NCBI GenBank assembly: GCA_964016885.1
Contig: OZ024741.1
Coordinates: forward strand, 231,260,001-231,324,000
Direction of reading: 5' to 3'
Source of the DNA: Eledone cirrhosa
Lineage: Eukaryota
DNA length: 64,000 bases
A program made the position numbers and the translations under genes. Position 1 is the first letter of the stretch. Every line of letters begins with the position of its first letter. The notes under the pieces were generated by a model. That model saw only the letters and a list, made by a program, of their open reading frames with translations. It did not search any database and was not told the origin of the DNA. This document shows positions 1 through 12,755 of this stretch, piece by piece.

Positions 1-1642
1 CCTCCCCAACCAAATGCCCGACGACAAGCGCCAACCTCTTCGCTAACACCCTGGCCAAAATCTTAAGCTCTGTGTTGAGCAGAGTTATGGGCCTGAAATT
101 GTCTAATGTGTCCCTCTTGTTCTCGTGTTTCCTTATTAGCGTCACTACGCCCCGGCTCAAAGAACTGGGAATACTCCCCTTTTGCTGGCAGTTGCAGTAG
201 AGGGCTTCGAGGAGATTGGAGAACAAGTCTGGCATATTTACGTAAAGCTCGTAGGGCAGACCATCCAAACCGGGTGACTAGCGCTTCATGAAGCCGACAA
301 GGGCATCCTGAATCTCAGCTGAAGTAATTGGCCTCTCGCAGCGCCCAGCGTTAGCCGTCGAGAGTTGCGGCAAGCCATCGATGTAGGGACTGAAGTCCGC
401 CACCATCTCTGACCCGCCACTTCCCCCGAACAACCGAGCAAAATGTTGGCGAAAAGCCTCACACATCCTCTTGGAATCGATCAGCTCGTGCCCGTCTCGG
501 TCCGTCAAAGACCGAATGGTGGTTTTATTTCCACGCTGCACCTCTGCCACGCGGACCCATCAAACAGCTTTGGTTCCCTATTTCTCAGAGCACGCCCCTT
601 AGCTCTGACAATGCAACCTTCGTGTTTCGCATTGAAGAAATGGTCTAATGCCATTCTCGCCGCTAGCACATCAGTTGCAAAGCCACTACCAATAGCCTCG
701 TCTAACTTATTTACCAACTCCTCCTCCTTTCTATTTTTCTCTAACGCTACTTCTTTGCTAAACTCTATCGACATTACTCTAATCTCTCTTTTGCGAACCC
801 CCCACCATCTATTGTTGACGACTCCACCTGTCAACATTTTCTTAACTAAATTGTTGACCTGGTCCCTGTAAGCCTTACGTGTCGGAAATGACATGTTTAG
901 CTTCCAGTAACCAGGTCCTAACCTACGCATCTTATCTAGGTCGACCATACAGATCACAAACCTGTGATCTGAATAGGCGACCGTTTAAAAACATGGACAG
1001 CTTACACTATTCCTGCCTATTTTCCTCATGAATATCCTGTCTATATACGATCTAGATGACTCTATGCGGTTAGCCCAGGTCTACACTGGCGCATTAGGGA
1101 AATCTAGTCGGTACCTGTCAGACAGTTGGGACTGGCTGATCAGGATTGAGGCTTTTGCACTCCCCGCTCCTATCGGCTACTCCCACACAGTCCCAGCGTG
1201 CGTCTAAGATGCCGTTCCAGTCCCCCGCTAACAGTAAAGGGCGAGACTTACACAGAGAGGCTTCCAGGCGTCTAAAGAAGTCCGGCCGTCATGCCCCAGT
1301 AGGAGCATAGACGGCCACCTGTCTAAAGGCACCACCTTCATTATTGTTCACGTCCAGGACCACCAACTTCCCGTCCGGATCCCGGAAGATCGACCTTACC
1401 TCGAGATCCAGGCCTTTCCTAAACAGCACTGCCACTCCGCCTCCCATTCCCGGCTGGCTAACAGATGCAATGATCTGATAGTCGTCGAAAATGGGGGCTA
1501 GTGCGCGCGTGTAGGAAATCCTGGTCTGGCTGATTGCAATTACATTCATTTCTATAGACCTAAAGTCGTTGAGCAGGTGACCCTGCTTCCAGGACGATCC
1601 CAGGCCTCGAACATTTAAACATCCTACTGTTAATACGGCCAT
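1..1642 (-). pseudogene. Disrupted ORF2 (APE endonuclease-RT) of copy A
   Basis: ORF pieces 1289-1642, 505-957 and 278-550 align with the N-terminal half of the 1139-aa ORF2. Confidence 0.88.
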
Positions 1643-1679
1643 GTTGGCAGGTTAAACAGAGAGAGAGGAAGGTTTACTT

Positions 1680-3644
1680 ACCTTCCGGGCTCTTGTGAAG
1701 GTCGGGTTGTTCGACCTCCATAGTTAGTGGGGTTTCTTTTGGGAACCCTTTAAAAGTCTTGAAGTGGGTTTTACGTTCGGGGTTCCCACGTCCTGAGGAA
1801 AGCTGTCTCGTATTTCTTTGAATATGTCGAGCGACATTCGCACCAGAACCAAATCTTTCGGCACGCGAAATGTGCTTGATTTAAACATTTTCCCCTCTTT
1901 TTGTATATTTTCACTTCGTGCTACGAGGGCCATCAGTTCTTTGTTGGCCTTCCTGACGAGCACGAAGTTTTGTATGTTTTGTTGGTGTAATTTTATTTGT
2001 TTGCGTGGCTTTGGTGGTGATGGTTTTAGTGGTGGTGTTTCGGTTGTATCTGTGTTTGTTGTGAGTGCGGTGTCTGTGGTTTCAGATGTTTGTGTGTATA
2101 TTTGTCCTTGCGTCTGTTCCGGTTGTTTGCGTTTGGGGGATTATGGTGATGGTGATGGTGGATTTGACGTTGGTGTTATTGGAGGGATGTTTGCGTGGGT
2201 GGTATAGCGTTTTTTATTGTGGGTGCTTTTGTGCTTTGTTGTGTTTTTTTTTTCTTTTTGTGTTTCCTTTTTTGTATTTTGGGGGATTTTGGATTTCCCT
2301 CATTTTCACTACTGGTAGATGAGGGATCTGTGTCTATAAGTGTGTCTGTATGTATGTTTATGGTTTTATTGGTGTGATTATTTGGGGGGGGGGGGATTTA
2401 ACAGCTTTCCTCGTTTCCCCCCCTGGGTGGTCAATGTTGGTGGTGGTCTTTCTATTGGTGTTGTTGTCGGTGGTTTTGCCGGTGCTGGTGTTGGTTGTGG
2501 TCCTCGCCCCGGCACCGGCAGCAGTGGAGCCTCTCCACCCCTTGCCGCTTTCAGCTGTTGAGGGCAGAATGTTCGCAAATGGGTTTTTTCCCCACAAACA
2601 AAACACTGCGGCCTTTTGCCTTCGGTCATAATGTGAATGACCGTCCCATTCTGAAGGCGGATGTGGTCTGGGATTGTCTTCACATTCTCGGGCCTGATCT
2701 GGAGAAGGATCTCCAGGTCAACCCCGGAGCAATCCTCTCTGGCCGTTCTGGTCACTTCTATAGGGACTGTATACGTCCCCTCCACTATCACACATGGCAG
2801 AAGCCACCACATGTCAAATCCTGGTGGGATTCTGGGAATGCGGGGACAGGCCGTTCTTTTTCCCATGTGGGAGGGGTACATTATGACCTTGCTGGTTTTG
2901 CAAGGAGTCATAGCGTGTTTCATAGCGAGGGCTTCTGACTTGAACAACACCGAAATGGTGCCGTACTGTCTGCCCCTCTCTATGTACTGGGTGTCTTCTC
3001 TGATGCACCTCAGCGCGCTTTCGACATCTTCTTGTGGGATTAAAGCTGCCCTTTTGGTCTGTGCTGAGATGCATCTATAATGCACCGTTTTGCGCTCCAC
3101 TGCCTCAATATCTTCTACGAGGACAGTTAAGTTGGCCCAAGTATGCTCTTGCTTGATGAGCTTCCATGCCAGGGCCAACTTTTCATCTTTGTTTGAGAGG
3201 TCCATGTTGAAGCATGGCCTCTTTTTTGCTGCTGTCGCAGCGAAAGTGCTCTTGTTTTCGTTGGGGGTGTTGTTGACGTTGTTATTGTTGGTGTTGTTGT
3301 TAGCACTGTCGCTGTTATCATTGTTGTCTTTGCTGCCACCGTTGTTCTCGGTGCAGTTGGTATTGTTGCTGTTGGTGTTGTCGCTATTTGTTTTCATGTT
3401 AGTGGTGTTAATATTGTTGTTGTATTTGTTATTTTTTTTTTGTTATCTGTATTTTCGTTGTCGCTGTTACTGTCATTTTTTTTAAAATTAGAGTTCTTGT
3501 TGGTATCATTGGTGTCTTTGTTTACCTTGTTTGTGGTTGTGTTTGTGATATCAATGTGTGTTAATTTTTCTGTAGCGCTCCTCTCAACTTCTACGTCGTT
3601 GTCGCACGACAGCCGACATATCGCTGGGGGGCGTGGCCAGCCAT
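1680..3644 (-). pseudogene. Disrupted ORF1 (gag-like zinc-knuckle protein) of copy A
   Basis: ORF pieces 2378-3397 and 1724-1963; Asn/Thr-rich N-terminus, CCHC knuckle, frameshifts in homopolymer runs. Confidence 0.8.
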
Positions 3645-3849
3645 GTTTTTTATCTTCGTAAATTCTTTAACATGTAAAAAAAAGTTCAAATATTTGGGCC
3701 AAAAGGCCCAAATATTATACTTTCCCCTTCAAAGGGCAAAGTCTAAGGGCTTATATCCCTTACACAACAAGAAATATTTAACAACAATTAATTTTAACAG
3801 GAAAATAAAGCGACTTACTGGGAGCGAGCAAAATACGTCCCCTTAGACC

Positions 3850-3951
3850 AATAATAATTGTTTCTACTTTAGGCACAAGGCCAGCAATTACCGGTACATT
3901 ACTGGTACTTTATTCTATCGACCCCGTAAGGTTGAAAGGCAAAGTTAACCT
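3850..3951 (-). mobile_element. SINE family 1, 5'-truncated, (ATT)n tail
   Basis: Reverse complement matches the 3' half of copies at 16477, 21268, 44030, 45690 and 59614 (GGTTAACTTTGCC...GGCCTTGTGCC..AGTAGAAAC-ATTATT). Confidence 0.9.
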
Positions 3952-6900
3952 TTGGAAGTCATCCATAGGGCCTGGGCTGAAAGTTCTCCGGAAGAGAGCA
4001 AACAGCTGATCTTCTTCGACGCCCAGGATCTCTCCGAGAAGGTTGTCGCACTTCCCCTCCACTCGTCCACTATAGAACGCCGAGGTGGATGTTCCACCGA
4101 TACTGGTGCCCAGCTGGCACTGGACAGTGAGCGCCTGGAGACATTCCAGTTTCGAAGCACTATTCCACGGTCTTTTCCTGACCCAGGACTGCAGCTCCGT
4201 CAAGGAGATGAGCTGTGGGAAAATGTGCCTGGCGAACGGCGACCACACCTGTTCACCGTCAAGGTAGCACCAGAGATGTCGCAGCCTCAGCGCATGTTTG
4301 CGCATTATCAGCCATGGCATGCCCAGTCCTCCACACAACGGGTGTTGACAGCAGATGGATCGTCTGACCATGGGAGCGCTTCCCTTTCACAAAAAGCTGA
4401 AGAGGAGGCGCTCCATTTTCGTGAGAGTTGGGCCGGGGCAAGGGACGACGGTGAGGTGGTAGCAGATGACGGATGCGATGTATGCATTCGCCACCTCCGC
4501 CTGGTCTTTCAGGGACAGCCTCCTCTCAGCCCATTTCTGGGTGAGGGAGGACACCCTGCTTGTCACCTCGTCACCTCGCTCCATCTGGAGGCCCGGTCCG
4601 AACCAGACCGGAGCAATTTAACCGGTCCATCCGTCCAACGCCCCCCAACGCTGTCGGACGGCATGGACTTGCCTCTCCAGGTGCCGAGCTGCAAGCCCAC
4701 CGATTTTTCCTGGTTTATCCTTGCTCTCGCATTTCCCGCATCCTAGTTCGCGTGGGACGCCCCTCATCGCCCCCAGTTTGTGCAGTAACGGCTCTAGAGC
4801 CAATACGTACAAGAGGGACGAGAGGGGACAACTCTGGCGGACAGAGCGCATGATGCTGAACGGCTGCGACAGGTGATCGTTTACCCTCACAACTGAGCAG
4901 ATGTTGCTGTACATCGCAGCGATCCAACCCCTGACAACCGGCTCGAAACCGGCTGCCTCGGGGACAGCCGCCAGGTACCGATTTTTGATCCTATCGAAGG
5001 CTTTGGATTGATCCAAGTTGATCAGGGCCCCACCCGTGCCAGGTTCCTTAACCATATTCTCTACGATGTATCGCATGGGGTTGAGGTTATCGTGTATGTA
5101 TCTGTTCGGAATGGCGCATATCTGCGCCTCTCCCACCAGACCCTCGATGACAAGTGCCAACCTCGTTGCTAATACGTTGGCCAAAATCTTCAACTCTGCG
5201 TTTAGCATAGTTATGGGTCTGAATTATCGTTAATATCCCCCTTGTTCGGGTCTTTTCTCAGCAGCGCCACCGCTCCCCGGCTCACAAAACTGTGAATGCT
5301 CCCGTTCTGTTGCCAGTTGCAGTAGACCTCTACCAAGAGGTCACCGAACAAGTCTGGCATAAATGCATAAAGCTCGTAGGGCAGACCATCTAAACCTGGC
5401 GATTTACCTCTTGTGCAGTTAGCCATCGCTTCCCGTATTTCACCGGCTGTTATTGACTTTTTGCAACACTGTGCTGCGGTCGTCGAAGGCCGAGGCAGTC
5501 CGTCGTGGTATGCACTGAAGTCGATACCCCGAATCGGCCCGCCGCCGCTCCCGAACAGTTCAGCAAAGTGCTGCTGAAAAGCCTCACACATCTGCTCGGG
5601 TTCTAGCAACACGCACCCGTTTTGGTTAGACAAAGACCGAATTGTGGTTTTGTTGCCACGTCGAGCCCCTGCAATGAGGCCAATTGGACGGCTTTCGTCC
5701 CCTCGTGTTTCAGAGCTTGCGCTCTAGCTCTGACAAGCAGCTTTCGTGTTTTGCGTTGAAGAATTGGTCGAGTGCCAATCTCGCCGCAAGCATGTCGGTT
5801 GCGATTCCTGTCCTAAACGCCTCTTCTCTCTTTCTGACTAGCTCTCCCTCTACTCTATTTTCCTCTATCGCTACTCCTTTGCTAAACCTATTGGACTCTT
5901 CTTTAATTGCCCGTTTCAGGGCAAACCACCGCCTGCTGTTGACGACCGCTCCCGTCAACCTCCGTTTAACTATCCCGCTCTCTGTAAGCTTTGCGCGCCT
6001 GGAAGACGCGTTTATCTTCCAATAACCAGGTCCTTGCCTATGAAGTCTATCTAAGTCGATTTCACAGATTACAAATGTGTGGTCCGAGTAGCCGACTACT
6101 TTAAATTGTGGCCAATCTACGCTAGCTTTATCTGTTTTCCTACACAATAACCTATCTAGATACGATCTAGATGACCCGTTGCGATAGGCCCATGTCCACA
6201 TTGGCGCTTTCGGTTAATCCAGTCGGTACCTGTCAGACAGTTGAAAATGTCTCTGCAGGTTGGTGAGGCTTTTAACCCTCCTCCCTTGTCTACTAGCCCC
6301 ACATAATCACAGCGTGAACCTAAGATACCGTTCCAGTCACCCACTAACACTAAAGATCGGGACGTTCCAAGAGAGGTCTCTAGACGTCTGAAGAAATCTG
6401 GCCGTCCTACCCCTGTTGGGGTGTAGACGGCTACTAGCCTGAAAGGATTGCATTCGCTGCCTGTCGCGTCCTGTATCACCGACTTACCTTCTGGGTCCAG
6501 GAAGATGGCATGCATGGCGAGATCCAAGCCTCTCCGAAAAAGCACAGCAACTCCGCCCCGCGGTCCCGGACGGTTGGGAGATACGTATACATCTTAGCTG
6601 CCGGGGATCGGTGCTATGTCTCGTGCTTCGGTATTTCTGGTCTCGCTGATGGCCAGCATATCTCTGTTTAGTGACCTGAGGTCGTGTAGCAAGTGACCCT
6701 GCTTCCAAGATGACCCCAGGCGACGTACATTTCTACTGCCTATTCTAAGTAAGGCCATGTTGGGTGAGGAACGGAGTAAATCAGAAAGGACCACCTACGC
6801 TGATCGTGTGGGAAAGGGGCAGTTGAACCGTCCCTTTGGCTGGTCATGGGTGTCTCCAAGATGATATCGGTGTATATCCTTTTCGTAACTGACCCTCTGA

Positions 6901-7790
6901 AGTCTCCAACTGCTTTGGGGAATTTTTCTTTTAAATGTTTTTAATGTTCTATTTTAATTTCAATAATGTTTATATTTTTCGGGAGAGTTCTTGGTGTTGG
7001 TGGGGTGTAGTACTTTTTGTCCGTAATATCTGTGTGCTGCTTCATATGTTCTAAGAGTTCTTTATTTGCCATGTTTATGGCTGTGTAATGTTTTTTTTTT
7101 GGGGGGGGGGGTTTGTTGCTGCCTTCTTGTTGCTGCTCTTGTGTATGTTTGTCTTGTTGTGTTTGCGATGTTGGTGTTTGTGGTGATGCTGGTGGTGGTG
7201 GTGTGGTGGTTGTTGTTGTTGGTGGTGGTGTGGTGGTAGTTGGTTGTAATGTTAGTGGCGTTGCTGCGAGTCACCTTGCAGCCTTTACACCTCTTTGTTT
7301 GCCTTAGCTTTTGGAGGGTGAAGCTAAGGGTTTTTTGTTTTTTTGTTTTTTTGTGGCAGACCATTTGCCACTTCACTCCCGCCTCAGACTCCATGTCCGA
7401 TTCCGTGGTGTCTGGGAAGGATATGTGCTCCACGGCTGTTGGTGGTGGTCGTGGAGCCCTCTCCGTAGATTTTGTTGCTGGTGCAGCTACTGGTGTTGCC
7501 GCCACTGCTGCTGCAGCTATCGTTGTCCGTGGCTTTGGTACGGGTGACACGAATGTTGCCCTCCTACTCACCGTGGAAGGGTCTTCTACGTTTGTTGCCT
7601 GCCCTGCTCTTGGTAGCAGCGGACCTGGCATTGGAAGGAGGAGGGCCTTCTTCTTCGCTGTCTTCTGCGGGCAAAAGGCCATGAGGTGACCCTTTGACCC
7701 ACAGAGATAACATTTTGGCCGTCTTCCTTCCACGCGTATAGGGAGTCCTGGTCAGTTTGTATAAGCATTTGCATGCCTATACCTGACCAT
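3952..7790 (-). mobile_element. Tx1 copy B: internal fragment from mid-ORF1 to late ORF2, decayed
   Basis: ORF1 piece with CYLCGSKGHLMAFC (7062-7733); ORF2 pieces from ATG 6758 (APE, KSPGLDGL, LDQSKAFDR) to MDDFQ at about 3955; internal deletion around YADD. Confidence 0.9.
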
Positions 7791-8696
7791 CTCGGTGTTC
7801 TATAGAGGACGAGTGGAGGGAAAGAGCGACGAGTGTCTCGGTGAGACACTGGGCTTCGGAGACAATCAGATGTTCGCTCTCTTCAAGAGAACTTTCAGCC
7901 CGTGCCTATTGACAACTTCCAGAAATCTCTGCCTGGCAGTGCTACTGGGGAGCGTTGCCGATTCGAGATAAGCTCTACAAGCATTGAAGTGCCGTCAGAC
8001 GAGCCTGTCCTAGATGCGCGTAGGGAGACGAGACTGTTTGTGCACGCATTGTTCTGTGTCCGAGTATTGCTAAGTTGTGGAACTATTTCGAACAATTGCT
8101 GTTACATGTTCGACGGATCCGCTTACCGACTGAGTCCATTGTGCAGATAGCCCCGCCGTCCTCATTTAAGGAGGAGGAAGGGAAGGCGGTTTTCAATTGC
8201 CTGGTGGTCATGGTGAAAGATATTGTATGGTTGACAAGGTTGAAAAGATTGAAGATGGACACTTTACTCTTCGGCGAATCCCTGATTTACTTTTTCAAAT
8301 TTCACTTGAACAGGAAACTCAGGGTGGAGAGGCAAGTGCTCTCTTCTAGTAAGTTTGTTGAACGGTGGGTGGAGGTGGCGAATCTGGTCCGAGAAAACGG
8401 GCCCGTTCTGAGTATGCGCTTGTACACTGAGGATTGGGAGAACTGAGAGGGGGCGCTTGCCCTGGTGGTCAGGATGGCCGTGGTCTTTTGTGTGGTTTTC
8501 ACCACGAGTGACCCTCGGAGGTTTCCCCCTTTATGGAGAATTTTTTTTAATTATATATTTACACATTTCTATCTTCCAGTTATAACCTTTTTACACGGCC
8601 AAGACCCACTTTTGTGTCGTCTCGTACCGTTCTGTGCCGTTTGTATTGTTTTTCTTCATGTTGTGGCCAATAAAGAAAGCATTATTATTATTATCA
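7788..8696 (+). mobile_element. Tx1 copy C: 3' end of ORF2, 3' UTR, AATAAA and (ATT)4 tail
   Basis: Peptides such as FFKFHLNRKLRVERQVLS match the ORF2 C-terminus; ends AATAAAGAAAGC(ATT)4. Confidence 0.88.
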
Positions 8697-10379
8697 TCCG
8701 CCAAGGATGTCCCCTCTGGTCCCTCTTGTACGTATTGACTCTCGAGCAATTACTGCACAAACTGGAGGCGTTGAGGGGCGTCCCGCGCGAACTAGGATGC
8801 GGTAGATCCGTGTCAGCATATGCGGACGATATCACCGTAGTGGTGTCGAACGCCAAACACATCGAGGCGATCGGCACTACACTAGAGAATACGAAGCGGT
8901 GACAGGAGCAATGATCAACCAGGAAATGTCAGTGGGCCTGCAGCTCGGCACCTGGAGACAGGTCCATGCCGTCCAATAGCTTCGTCGGGCGCTGGACGGA
9001 CGGGCCGGTTAAATTGCTATGGATCTGGTTCGGTCCGGACCTCCAGGCGGACAAAAGCTGGGACGAGGTGACGAGCAGGGTGGCTTCTCTCACCCAGAAA
9101 TGGGCGGAGAGAAAGCTATCCCTGAAAGGTCGAGCGGAGGTGGCTAACGCGTACATCACCCCCCCCCCCCTGACTGCGCTGGAGCGTTTGCTCTTTCGCT
9201 TTTTGTGGAAGGGACGCGATCGATGGTCAGATGGTCCATCTGTTGTCCACACCCGCTACGTGGAGGGCTGGGCATGCCGTGGTTTATGATGCGCAGACAC
9301 GGGTTCACGCTACGAAATCTCCAACTCTTCCTCGACGTTGATCAGGTGTGGTCGCCGTTTGCTAGACGCGTCTTTCCCCAGCTCGTTTCCTTGACGGAGC
9401 TGCAGTCCTGGGTCAAGCGAAGACCGAGAGGGAGCGCTTGGAGGCTGGAATGTCTTCAGGCGCTCACAGCCCTCGACCAATCGGGCAATGTGATCGGTGG
9501 AAACTCTACCTCGGCATTCTATAGAGGATTAGTGGAGGGGAAGAGCGACGACGTACTTGGGGAAACTCTAGGCCTCGACGAGAATCAACTAGCCAATCTC
9601 TTCGGAAGAACTTTCGGGCCGGGGCCTATGGACAACTTCCAGAAATCCCTTGCCTGGCAGTGCTACCGCGGAACCTTGCCAGTTCGGGATAAACTCTACA
9701 GGCATGGAGGTGCCGTCAGCCGTGCATGTCCGAGATGCGCGCAGGGCAACGAAACCGTCCTGCACGCACTCATCCAGTGTCCGAGAATTGCTGAATTGTG
9801 GGTTTATGTCGAACACCTGCTGTCGCATGTAGGACGGATCCGGCTATCGTGAGGTTTCCCCGCCCTCTTCTTTTAGCCGGGAAGGGCAGGCAGCTTTTAT
9901 CTGTCTGGTAGCCATGGCGAAAGAGATAGAATGGTGGACACGTTTGAAAGGGATGAAGACGAGCACTTACCTCTTCGGTGATGCCCTGATTAACTTTTTC
10001 GAATTTCATTTGAAAAGGAAAATCAGGGTAGAGAGGGAAGTGCTCTCTTCCCAGCATTTTGTTGAAAGATGGGTGAGAGAAGCAAGAATGGCCCGAGTGA
10101 ATGGGCCTACTCTGAGTATGTGTCTGTAAATTAAAGGTGGAAAACTGGGAGAGGGCACTTGCCCTGGTGGTCAGGGTCACCCTGGCCTTTTAATGGGCTT
10201 TCTCCACAAATGTCCCTCCGAACTCTCCCCCCTATTGGGGAATTTTTCATTGTTAATTTTTTTGTTACATCCTCTGTTTTTGTTTTTACACGCAGAAATG
10301 CCAATTTGTACCGTCCTGTATTGTCCTGCACTGTCCTTAATGTCTACTTTATGTAAACCCTTGTGGTTAATAAAGAAAA

Positions 10380-10410
<31 letters not shown>
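8697..10410 (+). mobile_element. Tx1 copy D': 5'-truncated close relative of the intact element, (ATT)10 tail
   Basis: Begins at RQGCP of RT; near-identical to 14686-16476 apart from small deletions and frameshifts. Confidence 0.93.
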
Positions 10411-10623
10411 GAATGCCATGGTTGACGGAGGCTCGGCTCTGTAAGGTATAGTAATTTTTAACCGTTAAAACAATTGTAAATTGTTTAAAACTTGAACCAA
10501 ATTGTTGATAAAGACACCCTCCTCCTCGTGAGAGGGGTCTTTCTGTCCGTTATTTGGCCCTTCGGGGTTAAATAACCAGTTATTGGGGTTTTGTACCCAA
10601 AATTTCATTTTAAACAAAAAAAC

Positions 10624-12720
10624 ATGGCTACCAAAAAGAAATTTCATACGTCACTCCCACTCATTCCGTCTTCTTCTTCCTCAATCATCACTACAGCAGA
10701 GAGAAGATTGTCTCTCTCCCTCCCTTCTTTAAATGTGTCTCTCTCCCTCCCTTCTCTTTCGCAAGTGACGAAAGAAAAGAAAAGTCTCGTGCAAAGCGTG
10801 CAAGGTTTCTCCACGACGACGACGACAGCGACGAAACAGGTGTGCGGGAAATGCGAAAACCCAGTTCATTCGTCTGACGTCAGGAATAATAGCAGTAGCA
10901 GCCGTAATAACAACAGCAACAGTGACAATGAAAACAACAGTAGCAGCCGCAACAGCATCACCAGCAGCATAAACAACAACAGCATTAGCAGCAGCAACAC
11001 CAACAACAACCACAGCAACAGCGGCGGAGGCAGTAGTCGTAGTACCTGCAGCAACAACAAAAGTACCAGCAGCTCTGACGACAACAACAACAGCAGAGAA
11101 AAACCAATCTCATTTGCAGGTATTGCGAAAAATTTGGAAACAATCCTCATAACAAATGAGGAATTAGAGGAAGCGAAGAAGATGGTGACAAAGAACGGAC
11201 ACCGAGCAATCTGCAAGGCAGCGAAAAATTTTTTCGAAACCCAAGAGCACTGTACGGTCACGTACCGTACAGTAAGTACAAAATCCCGTAGGGTGGAAAG
11301 AGCCACAGAGGCCCAAATACAAAAAGCCTTGGGGTCTGTGTGGCAGCGGAAAACGCACATCACCCGAGGCAAAAAATATGCCACCGTAGACGTACTTTTT
11401 GCCACACCCCAGGAGGCAAAGACCCAATCAGTAGTGACCCTAAGGAGCGAGGAAATGGTGTTGGTGCCCTCCTACTGTGGGCAAAAAATTGTGAGGGTCA
11501 AACTGACCCACGTCCCCCCCGGAATGACCCCTTCTTGGCTGGCCGCGTCTGTCCTCGTCGGAATCGAGGACAAAACAACTGTACTGCAAGTACAGAAAAA
11601 AGTAAGAGAAGATTGGGTCGGCTCCTCCATTGAGATGCTAATCCAAACCAACCAGGAGTGCATCGAAGCTATCCCGGATGTGATAGACTTCGATAACGGC
11701 ACTCAACTGCCCATAAGTGTTGAGGGCAAACGCCCGAAATGCTTTCGCTGTGGATCGAAGACTCACCTCAGGGCCTTCTGCAACGAGAAGACCCTGAGAA
11801 AGGAGAAAACCCCCCTCCTTCCGAATCCGGCTCCACGGCTACCAGCAACAGGACAAGCGGCAACCAGGAACGATAGGCCCGTGGCACCCATACCCACTCC
11901 ACGGAAATCAAAAACAGCAGCAGCAGTGGAAATACTAACAACAACAACAGCAATACCAAATGCAGCTGCAACAGAGACTCCAGTGCAAACATCACCAACA
12001 ACAACAAGTGAAAGAGTGGAGTTGGTACCCCTCCCCGACCTCACAGAATCAGACATGGAGTGTGAGGTGGGAGAGAGATGGCAAAAGGTCGTAAGAAGGC
12101 ACAAACGCAGAAGCAGCGCATCGTCGCCTTTGAAAAGTGAGGAAAGAAATGAGAAAAGGGTAAAGTCTACTGCAAAGAGACCCACAGCAGCAACAACACC
12201 AACACCATCACCACCCACACTAGCGCCACCATCACCACCGGCGACAACCCCACCGCCAACAACACCTTCAACACCACCACCACAAGCACCAACATCGCAA
12301 ACACAACAACAAAACACACACACCCAGCAACAACGACAAGAAAATAGCAGAACCACACCCCACCCCCAGAAAAACAAATGCACGGCAATAAATACACACA
12401 ACAAGAAACTAATGACTTACATAATTGAACACACAGACATTTCACAACAGGACTACATAATACCAGCACCAATCAAAACGCCAACTAACATAAGACTGCT
12501 AAAAATAGCACAGAAACAATACACAAATATTAAAACGAAATTCCCCAACGCAGTTGGTGATTTCAGGGACCTAGGAGGAACCATCAATCGAAGAGTATAC
12601 TCAGACATTCTCTTAGAAGAGCCGACGACCAGCCGAAGGGACGATTCAACGGTCCCTTCACCAGACGATCAAGTGAAAAGGGATGTAAAAACCATCCCTC
12701 CTCTACCAAAAGTACGGTAA
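10624..12720 (+). CDS. ORF1p: gag-like nucleic-acid-binding protein with CCHC zinc knuckle (698 aa from first ATG)
   Basis: Open frame; first ATG at 10624 (the ORF track starts at an upstream TTG); Ser/Asn-rich N-terminus, CFRCGSKTHLRAFC knuckle, Pro/Thr-rich linker. Confidence 0.9.
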   Translation: MATKKKFHTSLPLIPSSSSSIITTAERRLSLSLPSLNVSLSLPSLSQVTKEKKSLVQSVQGFSTTTTTATKQVCGKCENPVHSSDVRNNSSSSRNNNSNSDNENNSSSRNSITSSINNNSISSSNTNNNHSNSGGGSSRSTCSNNKSTSSSDDNNNSREKPISFAGIAKNLETILITNEELEEAKKMVTKNGHRAICKAAKNFFETQEHCTVTYRTVSTKSRRVERATEAQIQKALGSVWQRKTHITRGKKYATVDVLFATPQEAKTQSVVTLRSEEMVLVPSYCGQKIVRVKLTHVPPGMTPSWLAASVLVGIEDKTTVLQVQKKVREDWVGSSIEMLIQTNQECIEAIPDVIDFDNGTQLPISVEGKRPKCFRCGSKTHLRAFCNEKTLRKEKTPLLPNPAPRLPATGQAATRNDRPVAPIPTPRKSKTAAAVEILTTTTAIPNAAATETPVQTSPTTTSERVELVPLPDLTESDMECEVGERWQKVVRRHKRRSSASSPLKSEERNEKRVKSTAKRPTAATTPTPSPPTLAPPSPPATTPPPTTPSTPPPQAPTSQTQQQNTHTQQQRQENSRTTPHPQKNKCTAINTHNKKLMTYIIEHTDISQQDYIIPAPIKTPTNIRLLKIAQKQYTNIKTKFPNAVGDFRDLGGTINRRVYSDILLEEPTTSRRDDSTVPSPDDQVKRDVKTIPPLPKVR

Positions 12721-12755
12721 GTGGTCTTTCCCATCTTTTCCACTCTATTTTAAAC

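Larger units (their letters stand above)
1..3849 (-). mobile_element. Tx1/L1-clade non-LTR retrotransposon, copy A (divergent subfamily, frameshifted, runs off the left edge)
   Basis: 5' UTR starts at 3849 directly after (ATT)3. Broken ORF1 from ATG 3644 with CX2CX4HX4C knuckle (CFVCGEKTHLRTFC). Broken ORF2 from ATG 1642 with APE motifs (LNVRGL, VYAP, GPGYWKLN) and RT start, collinear with the intact ORF2 at 12756. Confidence 0.92.

Noticed and set aside
10510-10580. HDV-like ribozyme in the 5' UTR of copy D (CCTCCTCGTG resembles loop L3)
   Set aside because: P3, P1 and J4/2 could not be built; the region folds as two simple hairpins.
10591-10623. TTG start for ORF1 given by the ORF track
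   Set aside because: Eukaryotic element; ATG 10624 has the same AAACATG context as copies A and E.
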